32,000 nucleotides of DNA from Parasynechococcus marenigrum WH 8102 (GTDB lineage: Bacteria > Cyanobacteriota > Cyanobacteriia > PCC-6307 > Cyanobiaceae): the NCBI RefSeq assembly GCF_000195975.1, contig NC_005070.1:1770001-1802000 (forward strand). The letters run 5' to 3'. The position numbers were made by a program, and so were the translations under genes. A model generated the notes under the pieces. The model searched no databases and had not been told where the DNA came from. It worked only from the letters and a program-made list of their open reading frames with translations. The stretch's first letter is position 1. The number at the start of each line of letters is the position of its first letter. Of this stretch, positions 9,600 to 17,972 are shown one piece after another.

Positions 9600-10198
9600 T
9601 GGTTGTCCTGTCCATCGGCCACGAGTAACCGCTCGGCGTAACGCGCCAGTTGATCGGCCTCCAGGTTCACCTGGTCTCCCACAGCCAGCCGGCTCAAGGT
9701 GGTGACACTCCAGGTGTGGGGGATCACCGCCAGCTCGAACGTCACACCATCGTCTGAACATGAGGCCACGGTGAGGCTGATGCCGTCCACCGCAATGCTG
9801 GCTTTTTCGCAGACATAGCGCCCGAAGCGAGGTTCGCTCCAGCGCAGCCCCAGCCGCCAGGACTGCGGCAGCTCGACCACATCCATCACCTCACCGACAG
9901 CATCGATGTGGCCACTGACCAAATGCCCTCCCAGACGGTCACTGAGCCGCAAGGCAGGTTCGAGGTTCACGGCACCACCCCGTTCCGCCTTGCGTCCCAG
10001 CGTGGTGCGCTCCAGGGTCTCTTCACTGACGTCCGCACGAAAGCCCTCTCCGACACACTCGGCAACCGTGAGGCAAACCCCATCCACGGCAACGCTGTCC
10101 CCCAGGCTCAGGGGGCCGAAGGGGCCAGCGCCCTCCACCAGGAGACCGTTCCCCCGGCGCTGAATCCGACCCATTGCCTGGACCAACCCTGTGAACAT
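9545..10198 (-). CDS. ribE: Riboflavin synthase alpha chain
   Basis: MFTGLVQAMG...GDSVAVDGVCLTV, repeated in the second lumazine-binding half (ASIAVDGISLTV). This is the characteristic two-repeat structure. Confidence 0.9.
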   Translation of the reverse strand: MFTGLVQAMGRIQRRGNGLLVEGAGPFGPLSLGDSVAVDGVCLTVAECVGEGFRADVSEETLERTTLGRKAERGGAVNLEPALRLSDRLGGHLVSGHIDAVGEVMDVVELPQSWRLGLRWSEPRFGRYVCEKASIAVDGISLTVASCSDDGVTFELAVIPHTWSVTTLSRLAVGDQVNLEADQLARYAERLLVADGQDNHHSTPAMSEAWLSENGWT

Positions 10199-10255
10199 GG
10201 CTGAGCGCCCGATCGGTTCCTACTGGTCATAATCGGATAGTGCTGCAGCGCCGCC

Positions 10256-10819
10256 ATGGTGGAGATGAGCGTTGCCGGAATTGCTCTGGAAGCGGCAAGC
10301 CGGACGCCGATCGTGCTGCTGAGAGATCCCAGTGGACGCCGACAGGTTCCGATCTGGATCGACCAGAGCCAAGCCCACAACATCATGGCCGGGCTGCAAG
10401 GGGCGGAACCGCCCCGGCCCCTCAGCCACGACCTCATGGCTGCTCTGCTGGTGGCCGGCGGTCTCGAACTGGAGCGCGTGATCGTGCATGCCATCGAAGA
10501 CAGCACCTTTCATGCGGTCCTGAAACTCAGACAAAACGATCCAATGGACGCGGCGGCTGAAGGCGACGTGATCCTCCATGACGTGGATGCACGCCCGAGT
10601 GATGCCATCGCCCTTGCAGTACGGACCGGCAGCACCATCTGGATGCTGGAGGAGGTGGTGGCGGAAGCCTCCATTGCTGTGGATGCCGAAGCGGACGCCC
10701 GAGATCAGAGCGACTTCAACCGTTTCGTCGACGACCTCAGTCCAGCCGCCCTGGTAAAGCACCTGCGCAACCGCGGTGAAGGGGAGGATCCAGAACAGAC
10801 AGATCCTGATCGGGGGTGA
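10256..10819 (+). CDS. Bifunctional nuclease family protein (DUF151/BFN)
   Basis: MVEMSVAGIALEAASRTPIVLLRDPSGRRQVPIWIDQSQAHNI....RPLSHDLM......G..LERV.VH...D.TFHA is the typical DUF151 N-terminal core. Confidence 0.75.
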   Translation: MVEMSVAGIALEAASRTPIVLLRDPSGRRQVPIWIDQSQAHNIMAGLQGAEPPRPLSHDLMAALLVAGGLELERVIVHAIEDSTFHAVLKLRQNDPMDAAAEGDVILHDVDARPSDAIALAVRTGSTIWMLEEVVAEASIAVDAEADARDQSDFNRFVDDLSPAALVKHLRNRGEGEDPEQTDPDRG

Positions 10820-11931
10820 GACGTCCATTCGGTGCCGGACGACCGGTCAGCCTGTTCACCTTGGGGACCATGCGAGCCCTGGGCTCGCTCGAGCAGATGC
10901 AGGAGGTGGTGCAGGCAGCGGTCCTCGCCGGCATCAACCATCTCGAGACAGCAGCCGCCTACGGCCCGGCAGAAGATTTTCTGGGGCATGCACTGAAGCA
11001 GGCAGAACAACCCGAGGGGGGCTGGGTCGTCACCAGCAAACTGCTGCCGGGATTGACCCTGCGTGAGGGGAAGCATCAGCTGCTGAAGATCCTGGAGCGT
11101 CTTGGCTGCGACAACCTCGACAATCTGGCCATCCATGGCATCAACCGCCCTGAACACCTCGACTGGGCCCTGCATGGGGATGGCAAGGACTTGCTGGACT
11201 GGGCCCAGGGGGAGGGCCATGCCGCTCAGGTGGGATTCAGCAGCCATGGCAGCCAAGCACTGATTGCCGCGGCCATCAGCAGTGGGCGATTTCAGTTTTG
11301 CTGCCTGCATCTGCATCTGCTGGATCCACAGCGTCTGCCGTTGGCCCATCAGGCCCTTGAGCAAGGCATTGGGGTCCTGGCGATTTCTCCGGCTGACAAG
11401 GGGGGACGCCTGCAAGCACCTAGTCCGACCCTGATCAGCGATTGTGCCCCGTTCTCCCCATTGCAGCTGGCTTACCGCTTCCTGCTGGCCCAGGGGATCT
11501 CCACCCTCAGTGTCGGTGCGGCTCAGGCCTCCGACCTGGAGCTCGCCGCTGCGCTGCAGAGCAGAGATTCACCCCTCTCTCTCGAGGAACAATCCAGCCT
11601 GCAACGGCTGGCCGACCATCGCCATGAGCGTGTCGGCGCTGATCTCTGCGGGCAGTGCCAGGCCTGTCTGCCCTGCCCGAACGAGGTGCCAATTCCAGAG
11701 CTGCTGCGGTTACGCAATCTGGCCATCGGCCATGACCTGATCCCCTTCTGCCAGGAGCGTTACAACCTCATCGGGCGAGCGGGTCACTGGTGGGAAACCG
11801 TTGATGCCAGCGCCTGCAAGCAGTGTGGGGACTGCCTGCCCCGCTGTCCTCACCAGCTGACGATTCCAGACTTGCTGGCTGACACCCACCGTCGACTGCA
11901 GGCCTCCCCACGCCGACGGTTATGGGGTTGA
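10816..11931 (+). CDS. Aldo/keto reductase family oxidoreductase with a C-terminal Cys-rich (4Fe-4S-type) segment (COG1453-like)
   Basis: AKR start pattern RRPFG..GRPVSLFTLGTMR and INHLETAAAYG. The C-terminus has CGQCQACLPCP and CKQCGDCLPRCP cysteine clusters. GTG start at 10816 overlaps the BFN stop (GTGA). Confidence 0.8.
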   Translation: MRRPFGAGRPVSLFTLGTMRALGSLEQMQEVVQAAVLAGINHLETAAAYGPAEDFLGHALKQAEQPEGGWVVTSKLLPGLTLREGKHQLLKILERLGCDNLDNLAIHGINRPEHLDWALHGDGKDLLDWAQGEGHAAQVGFSSHGSQALIAAAISSGRFQFCCLHLHLLDPQRLPLAHQALEQGIGVLAISPADKGGRLQAPSPTLISDCAPFSPLQLAYRFLLAQGISTLSVGAAQASDLELAAALQSRDSPLSLEEQSSLQRLADHRHERVGADLCGQCQACLPCPNEVPIPELLRLRNLAIGHDLIPFCQERYNLIGRAGHWWETVDASACKQCGDCLPRCPHQLTIPDLLADTHRRLQASPRRRLWG

Positions 11932-12930
11932 AGCACGCCACCGCTCCCCAAGCTGCAACCGCTCCGGCTCTGTCAATGGCGGCAGTGACCAACAGCGTTC
12001 CCACAGCGATGCAGGCGGAAGAAGTAGGTCACGCCAAGGGTTGGGCAGGTCTTGGCGATCAAGCTCGATCGCATCGGCCTCAAGCGGAGCACGCCAGCCG
12101 TTGACCAGAAGGGTGCGGCGCAGGGGAGATGTCCAGGCCTGCTCCACCCAGGCCTGAGGCAGCGGCTCGCGGGTTCCCTTGAGCCGCACCAACAGCGTCC
12201 AATGGAGAGGTGCTCCTTGATCGGGCAGCACAGCCGTCAGGCGTGGATCGCGCCGCAACAGGGCCATGCAGCGCTGCAGGGGCAACACCACAACCCGTGC
12301 CTTGTCCTTGAGCAACCAGTTGGTGGCACGCCGGTCGTCCATGGTCAACAGCTGCTGGCGCAGGCGTTGCAGGACTGCATCACCCCCGCAGCGGTCGGCG
12401 AGGTCCAACACCCAACGGGGACTGGCGGGAAGAATCACCTGTCCGGCCAGCGACGGTTGGAGCAGCACATCCCAGCTGGCCCTGGCCGCCTCAGCCCACT
12501 CGGTGCCATTTCGGAACAGCATTACCCAGGGACTCACACCCACCGGCAGCAGCGATCCGGCGCGCTGCTCACCATGCTGTTCCAGAAAGCGGCGTGCCTG
12601 AACGCCGAGTTGTTGCTGCAACGGTGGCGCCTGAATCAGCTGCAGTTGATCCGGCGGCAACGCCGGCAACCATCCATCGTTGAGGGCCAGAAGATCGCCG
12701 CCACCTTGGTCCTGGTCATCGGGCTCCGTGGACTCAGACTCCTGCCAGGACCAGGTCCAGGGGGATGGCAGCTGATCCGCCCAGGCCTTGGGGATGAGTC
12801 CTCGAGCCGCACGAAGCTGGGGTGGCTCCGGGCCCTTGCGGCAGGCAGCCACCAGCCCGAGGCCCGCTCCCGCCGCCAGCTGCAGCAGGCGGCGACGACT
12901 GCACTGTCCGCGAAAACCCATTGCGCTCAT
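11920..12930 (-). CDS. Putative Tat-signal lipoprotein, PotD-like periplasmic solute-binding fold
   Basis: Twin-arginine plus lipobox N-terminus (SRRRLLQLAAGAGLGLVAAC). Its length and motif order resemble PotD/PotF-type binding proteins (DLLALNDGWL, VGVSPWVMLFRN, LPDQGAPLHWTLL). Start ATG 12930 forms an ATGA overlap with the upstream stop. The fold assignment is by eye only. Confidence 0.5.
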   Translation of the reverse strand: MSAMGFRGQCSRRRLLQLAAGAGLGLVAACRKGPEPPQLRAARGLIPKAWADQLPSPWTWSWQESESTEPDDQDQGGGDLLALNDGWLPALPPDQLQLIQAPPLQQQLGVQARRFLEQHGEQRAGSLLPVGVSPWVMLFRNGTEWAEAARASWDVLLQPSLAGQVILPASPRWVLDLADRCGGDAVLQRLRQQLLTMDDRRATNWLLKDKARVVVLPLQRCMALLRRDPRLTAVLPDQGAPLHWTLLVRLKGTREPLPQAWVEQAWTSPLRRTLLVNGWRAPLEADAIELDRQDLPNPWRDLLLPPASLWERCWSLPPLTEPERLQLGERWRASTP

Positions 12931-14111
12931 ACCTCTGACGCTACGGCGGACGCCAGCAGCTGATCCAAGGCCCGCTCGCAACCCTCCACCAGAGCCTCGG
13001 AGTGTTGGCCCTGCAACTGGGCCAACAGCAGCAACGCTCCAGCCCCGACCCCTTCCTTGACGAACCCGTCCTCGTAATCACGCAAGGCGGGCTGCCGGCT
13101 GGCATGAAAGCGCAATCCACTGGCCAGTCCTGCCAGGGAAACACCGAAGCGATGGCCCACTTCATCCAGCAGACAGCCCAGGGCCGGCATGTCACCGCCA
13201 CGGATCCATTCCAGCGCCAGCCACGCCGTTGAACCGAGCAGCACCCGATCCGCCAGGACTTTCCGTTCCTGATCCGGTAGCGATGCCAAGGCAAGGGTCG
13301 CGACAGCAGCCATCTGACTGCCTCCCCCCAGCAGCACCGGCTGCTGAGCCGACACCAGCACGCCGGCAGCCACAGCCTGAAACGGATCCCCCACGGCTGC
13401 CAGGACAGCCTGGGGCGACGGCCATGCCGGCAACTGCGCCCGACACAACCCCTGCTCCACCAGGTGTCGCTTCAGCTCCTGGGGCGGCTGCCGGGCGCTG
13501 CCACTGATCAACCCATTCACGGGCACCCCAAGGGCCTTGAGCACGGCTTGAGCTGTCGTGGTTCCTCCTGGAACACATTCCGCCAGCAGCAGTGGACGGC
13601 GCAGCTGTGCACCAAGACGCATCCCCTTGCGCCACAGTCGTTCCACACGCTCCGGATCCATGGCGCGTCCCGTGGACAAACACCGCGCCGGCCCCGCCTG
13701 TGGGGACTCCAGGCGCAGGTGCGGAAACGTGGCCTCGTGCTCCAGACCCAGCGCCGCCACAAGAGGTTGCATCGGAAGCCGTTGCAGCGCCACATGGCTC
13801 AGCAGGGCGGGCGAGACACCAGCAGGGAGGGGCGGCAACGGCCAGCGCCGCGGCTTGCCTGGACCATGGAGCAGCAGGTCGGCATCCGCCAGGGCGGTGA
13901 GACGGCGGGAGGCAGCGGTAGCTCCTGCAGCGGAAATGCCCTCGCGTTCAGCTGTCCGCGTTGCCGCCAGCAGCAGCAACAGATCAAAGCTCGAATCCCC
14001 TTGGCACCATGGCTCGAGATGGGCCTGCAACTGCTGCCGGCTGCAGCGGCTGCCAACAATGGAGCAGCCCAACGGGAGGCCCTCCAGATCAGAGAGGGTC
14101 AAGGGCAACAA
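12927..14111 (-). CDS. CobT-related TIGR00303/UPF0284 family protein (nicotinate-nucleotide--dimethylbenzimidazole phosphoribosyltransferase-like)
   Basis: Family motifs TAEREGISAAGAT, LLLAECVPGGTTTAQAVLKALG, GGGSQMAAV. There is no in-frame ATG between 14198 and about codon 142. The likely start is one of three TTG codons at 14111, 14108 or 14102, so the 5' end is uncertain. Confidence 0.75.
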   Translation of the reverse strand: MLPLTLSDLEGLPLGCSIVGSRCSRQQLQAHLEPWCQGDSSFDLLLLLAATRTAEREGISAAGATAASRRLTALADADLLLHGPGKPRRWPLPPLPAGVSPALLSHVALQRLPMQPLVAALGLEHEATFPHLRLESPQAGPARCLSTGRAMDPERVERLWRKGMRLGAQLRRPLLLAECVPGGTTTAQAVLKALGVPVNGLISGSARQPPQELKRHLVEQGLCRAQLPAWPSPQAVLAAVGDPFQAVAAGVLVSAQQPVLLGGGSQMAAVATLALASLPDQERKVLADRVLLGSTAWLALEWIRGGDMPALGCLLDEVGHRFGVSLAGLASGLRFHASRQPALRDYEDGFVKEGVGAGALLLLAQLQGQHSEALVEGCERALDQLLASAVASEV

Positions 14112-14742
14112 GTCCTTGCAAGAGCTTTGGTGGCTCTGGGATTGGCGCGTTGAGGCGGGGAAAAATCCAGTACGCCAGCGCGTGGAGTGACAGCACATAG
14201 ATCACCTCTTGCACCACAACAAGGCCAAGGGCCATCAACTGCACGCTGGTGAGATCCGGGCTGATGGGTAACTGCAACAGCGCGATCAACCGCTCGAGCA
14301 ACCCGGCACCGGCACGGGTGATCACCACCCAAAGGTTTTCTCCCACCAGGAGCGACAACACCAGCACCCGCACCAGAAATCCGATGCTGCCCAGCACCAC
14401 TCCCACCGACCAGCTCAACCACCAGCTGCGTCCCTTGCCCCAGCTCCAACCCAACCAGAGAGCCATCAAGCCATACGGGAACAGCAGAAGAGGGCCTCTC
14501 ACAGGCCCCATCAACGCTGTCATCAGCAACACAGCCAGCAACACACCCTCGGCCCCCGACCGTCCACCATGGCGTAGTTGCAGTAAGGACAGGGGCAGCG
14601 GCAGGGCTAGCCGGAACAGCGCACCGCCCACCGGCAGGTAGTACAACGCCAGCCAGATCAGGCCGGTGGTGGCCGCCAGGTAAGCCCCTTCCACGAGACG
14701 GAGCGCCTGCTGCCGCGTCAGGTTGCGCCGCGGCTGATTCAT
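14089..14742 (-). CDS. DUF2232-like polytopic membrane protein
   Basis: 217 aa with about 6 hydrophobic helices. The N-terminal pattern (LVEGAYLAATTGLIWLALYYLPVGG) is typical of cyanobacterial DUF2232 proteins. ATGA overlap with the upstream lipoprotein gene. Confidence 0.6.
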   Translation of the reverse strand: MNQPRRNLTRQQALRLVEGAYLAATTGLIWLALYYLPVGGALFRLALPLPLSLLQLRHGGRSGAEGVLLAVLLMTALMGPVRGPLLLFPYGLMALWLGWSWGKGRSWWLSWSVGVVLGSIGFLVRVLVLSLLVGENLWVVITRAGAGLLERLIALLQLPISPDLTSVQLMALGLVVVQEVIYVLSLHALAYWIFPRLNAPIPEPPKLLQGLVALDPL

Positions 14743-15158
14743 GGCGTGATCCGCTCGATCCGTTCCACCGAGAACACCACCTCGGACTGCCGCAACGCCC
14801 GCGTGACCGCTTCCGCAGGAGCAGCCGGGTCGGCCCCGGCCAAGCGGATGGTGATGCGATAGGGCGCCGGTGGCTGCAACGACTTGGAGATAGGTTGCTG
14901 GACATCGATCCCATCGCCATCGGTGTCAGGGTTGGTATCGGTGTCGGATTTGGTTGCTGCCTCCTGTTCCACTTCCACCTCCTGTGATCGATCGATCGGG
15001 GTGGGATCCACCACTTGAGGTTGCTCGGGGATCGGTGCCTCAGCTTCGGTGGCCATGAGTTCAGGGGACTCGAAGCTGCGTTGCAACTCCTCAGCCACCG
15101 GCGATCCGGCACAGGCCTGCAGCAGCGCCAGTGGGAGCAGCCAGACCAGCCGGAGCAT
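14739..15158 (-). CDS. Small acidic lipoprotein, function unknown
   Basis: Signal peptide plus lipobox [16 protein letters not shown]. This is followed by an acidic, proline-rich, low-complexity region and a short C-terminal domain. Its ATG shares one base with the topA stop (TGATG). Confidence 0.6.
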   Translation of the reverse strand: MLRLVWLLPLALLQACAGSPVAEELQRSFESPELMATEAEAPIPEQPQVVDPTPIDRSQEVEVEQEAATKSDTDTNPDTDGDGIDVQQPISKSLQPPAPYRITIRLAGADPAAPAEAVTRALRQSEVVFSVERIERITP

Positions 15159-17860
15159 CAGCTGTCGGCGGGTTTGATCACCCGCACGGCACTAGCCCGC
15201 AGCCGTCCGCTCTTGGTGGTGGCAGGAGGTTTCTTGGCGGCGGTTTTTTTCGCAGCGGCTTTCTTGGCCGGAGCTTTTTTGGCCGCCGTGGTCTTGCGGC
15301 TGCTCTTCTTGGCAGAAGCCTTCGCCGCCAGCAGTTCCACGGCCTCCTCCAGCGTGACATCGTCCGCCCCTTTGCCTTCAGGCAGGGAGGCATTGACCTT
15401 GCCCTGCTTGACGTAGAGGCCATAGGGACCGTCGTAGACCTGAATCGTCTCCTCGCTGCCCTCGGGTTTGCCGAGATCCTTCAGCGCCGTCCGGCCGCCG
15501 CGGCCCCGTTTCGGCATGGCCAGCAGCTCTAAGGCGCGACTGAGGCCAACCGCCAGCACATCGTCGTCACCCTTGAGGGAGCGGTAGTCCTTCTCACTCT
15601 TGCCCTTATCCCAAACCACATAGGGCCCGAAACGTCCGAGACCAGCCTGAACCCGCCCGCCATCGGGATGTTCCCCCAACAAGCGGGGGAGTCGGAGCAG
15701 GCCGAGAGCATCATCCAAGGTCAGATCCTCAGGTTTCTGGCCCTTGGGCAGTGAGGCCCGTTTGGGCTTTGGATTCTCATCACTGACCTGTCCGCGCTGC
15801 ACATAGGGCCCGTACTGACCGAACAGGAGGTACACCAAGTCGCCCGTCTCTGGGTCCTCGCCGATGGATTCCGGGCCATCTGCCTTCTGCTTCAGGATCA
15901 GTTCCGCCTGGTCCGCATCCAGATCCGCCGGTGTGATCTCCCGGGGGAGCGTCGCTTTGATCAGCTCCTCCTCGCCGTCATCGCCGACCCGTTTGGACTC
16001 CAAGTAGGCACCGAATCGCCCGATGCGCACCACGCAGGACAGGCCCTCGAGGTCGACGGTTCGGGAGGCTCCGGGATCGATGTCCCCTTCCCGTTGCTGC
16101 ACCTGGGTTTCCAGCCCCTGATCACCTTTGAAAAACCCTTCCAAATACGGCAACCATTCGACCTTGCCGTGGGAGATCTCATCAAGAGTGTTCTCCATCC
16201 GAGCCGTGAAGCTCGTATCAACCAGATCCGGAAAATGTTCTTCCAGCAGGGCGGTCACAGCAAAGGCTGTGAAGCTGGGGGTCAGGGCATTGCCCTGCAG
16301 CGTGGAATAGCCGCGATCAACAATCGTGCCGATGATCGAGGCGTAGGTGGAGGGTCGTCCGATGCCCTCCTTCTCCAGCATCTTGACCAGAGAGGCTTCG
16401 CTGAAACGGGCTGGGGGCTGGGTCTGGTGGCCCAAAGGTTCCACCTGCTTGGGGGCAGGGGCATCACCCACCGCCAGTGCGGGCAGAAGCAGCTCCTGGC
16501 CCTCCAGGGCTGCATCAGGGTCGTCGCTGCCCTCGACGTAGGCACGGAAGAAGCCCGGAAAATCGATTCGCTTGCCACTGGCTCGGAAACTTGCCTCTCC
16601 AGAGCTGAGATCGATCGACAGCATCGTCAGCCGGGCTTCCGCCATCTGACTGGCAACGGTGCGTTTCCAGATGAGGTCGTACACCGCCAGGTCACGGCCT
16701 TCAAGCCCGGTATCGCCAGGTGTGCGGAAGCTCTCGCCGGAGGGGCGAATCGCCTCGTGGGCCTCCTGGGCATTGCGTGCCTTGTTGCTGAATTGCCGCG
16801 GCCCCTTGCTCAGATACTCCTTGCCGTAGAGGCTCTCCACACAGCTGCGGGACGCGCTGATCGCCTGATCCGAAAGATGAACCGAGTCGGTTCGCATGTA
16901 AGTGATGAAACCTCGCTCGTAGAGGCCCTGGGCGCAGCGCATCGTCTCCCTCGCTGAGAGGCGTAGTTTGCGATTCGCCTCCTGCTGAAGGGTGCTGGTG
17001 GTGAACGGCGGCACCGGCTTCCGCACCGTGGGCTTCTCCTCAACAGCATCCACCGACCAGGTCGCGGCCTGAACCGTTTCCGCCAGAGCGCGGGCCTCCT
17101 TTTCCGTCAGCAGCCGCACCTCGCTGCCGGCCTTGAGGCCACCGGTGCTTTCGTCGAAATCGTTGCCGGTGGCGATACGTCGGCCAACCAGATGGGTCAA
17201 TTTGGCCTCGAAACCACTGCCAGAATGCTCGAGCTGGGCCTTGAGATCCCAGTAACTGCCGCTGCAAAAGGCCCGCCGGGCCCGTTCCCGCTGCACCAGG
17301 AGGCGAACGGCGACCGATTGCACCCGGCCAGCGGAAAGCCCCCATGCCACCTTTTTCCAGAGCAGGGGAGAGAGGCTGTACCCCACCAGACGATCCAGGA
17401 TCCGGCGCGTCTCCTGGGCATGCACCAGCTCCATGTCGAGATCACGGGTCTGATCCAGCGCCTTGCCGATGGCTTCCTTGGTGATCTCGTGGAAGACCAT
17501 CCGCTTCACCGGAACCTTCGGCGCCAACAGCTGCAGCAGGTGCCAGCTGATGCTTTCCCCCTCGCGGTCTTCGTCAGTGGCCAGCAGCAGCTGATCCGCG
17601 CCCTTCAACGCATCTTTTAGCTCGCGCACCACCTTCTTCTTGTCCTTCGGCACCACGTAAAGGGGATCGAAGTCGGCTTCGGTATTGACGCCAAGGTTGG
17701 CCCATTTCTGACCCTTGGCGGACGCAGGGATCTCGCTGGCGTTGTTGGGAAGATCCCGCACATGGCCCATGGACGCCTCGACCTTGAACCCCTTCGGAAG
17801 GAAGCCGCGAATGGTGCGGGCCTTCGTGGGGCTTTCAACAATGACGAGGGTGTGCGCCAC
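15158..17860 (-). CDS. topA: DNA topoisomerase I (type IA)
   Basis: TOPRIM start [24 protein letters not shown], and active-site region [10 protein letters not shown]. It has four Cys-less C-terminal repeats ([37 protein letters not shown]) and a Lys/Ala tail. Confidence 0.95.
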
Positions 17861-17972
17861 AGGCGGGCAAGGAACCGTGCTCCTTCTTTATCGCACCGCC
17901 AAGCGCTCTGCACGAGCAGTGCTGCTGAGCAGCGCCGCTACAGTCGTCACAGCGCAATGGATTCAGGCTGCC
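17861..17972. promoter_or_regulatory. Divergent topA / ndhB intergenic region (promoters and 5' UTRs expected)
   Basis: Layout inference. It contains a short hairpin gctgc-tga-gcagc. No confident promoter hexamers identified. Confidence 0.3.

Noticed and set aside
12052-12963. 303-aa plus-strand ORF antisense to the binding-protein gene
   Set aside because: It has shadow-ORF composition. The opposite strand has a Tat/lipobox signal and a coupled ATGA start.
14099-15112. 337-aa minus-strand ORF overlapping the DUF2232 and lipoprotein genes
   Set aside because: It is in an alternate frame of two better-supported genes. The Arg/Pro/Gly/Ala-rich composition is typical of high-GC shadow ORFs, and I recognised no motifs.
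16094-16957. 287-aa plus-strand ORF inside topA
   Set aside because: It is antisense to an unambiguous topoisomerase I reading frame.
17715-17972. 86-codon N-terminal extension of the ndhB ORF
   Set aside because: It would overlap the divergent topA start region and has no NdhB similarity. ATG 17973 gives the expected ~523 aa protein beginning with a hydrophobic helix.
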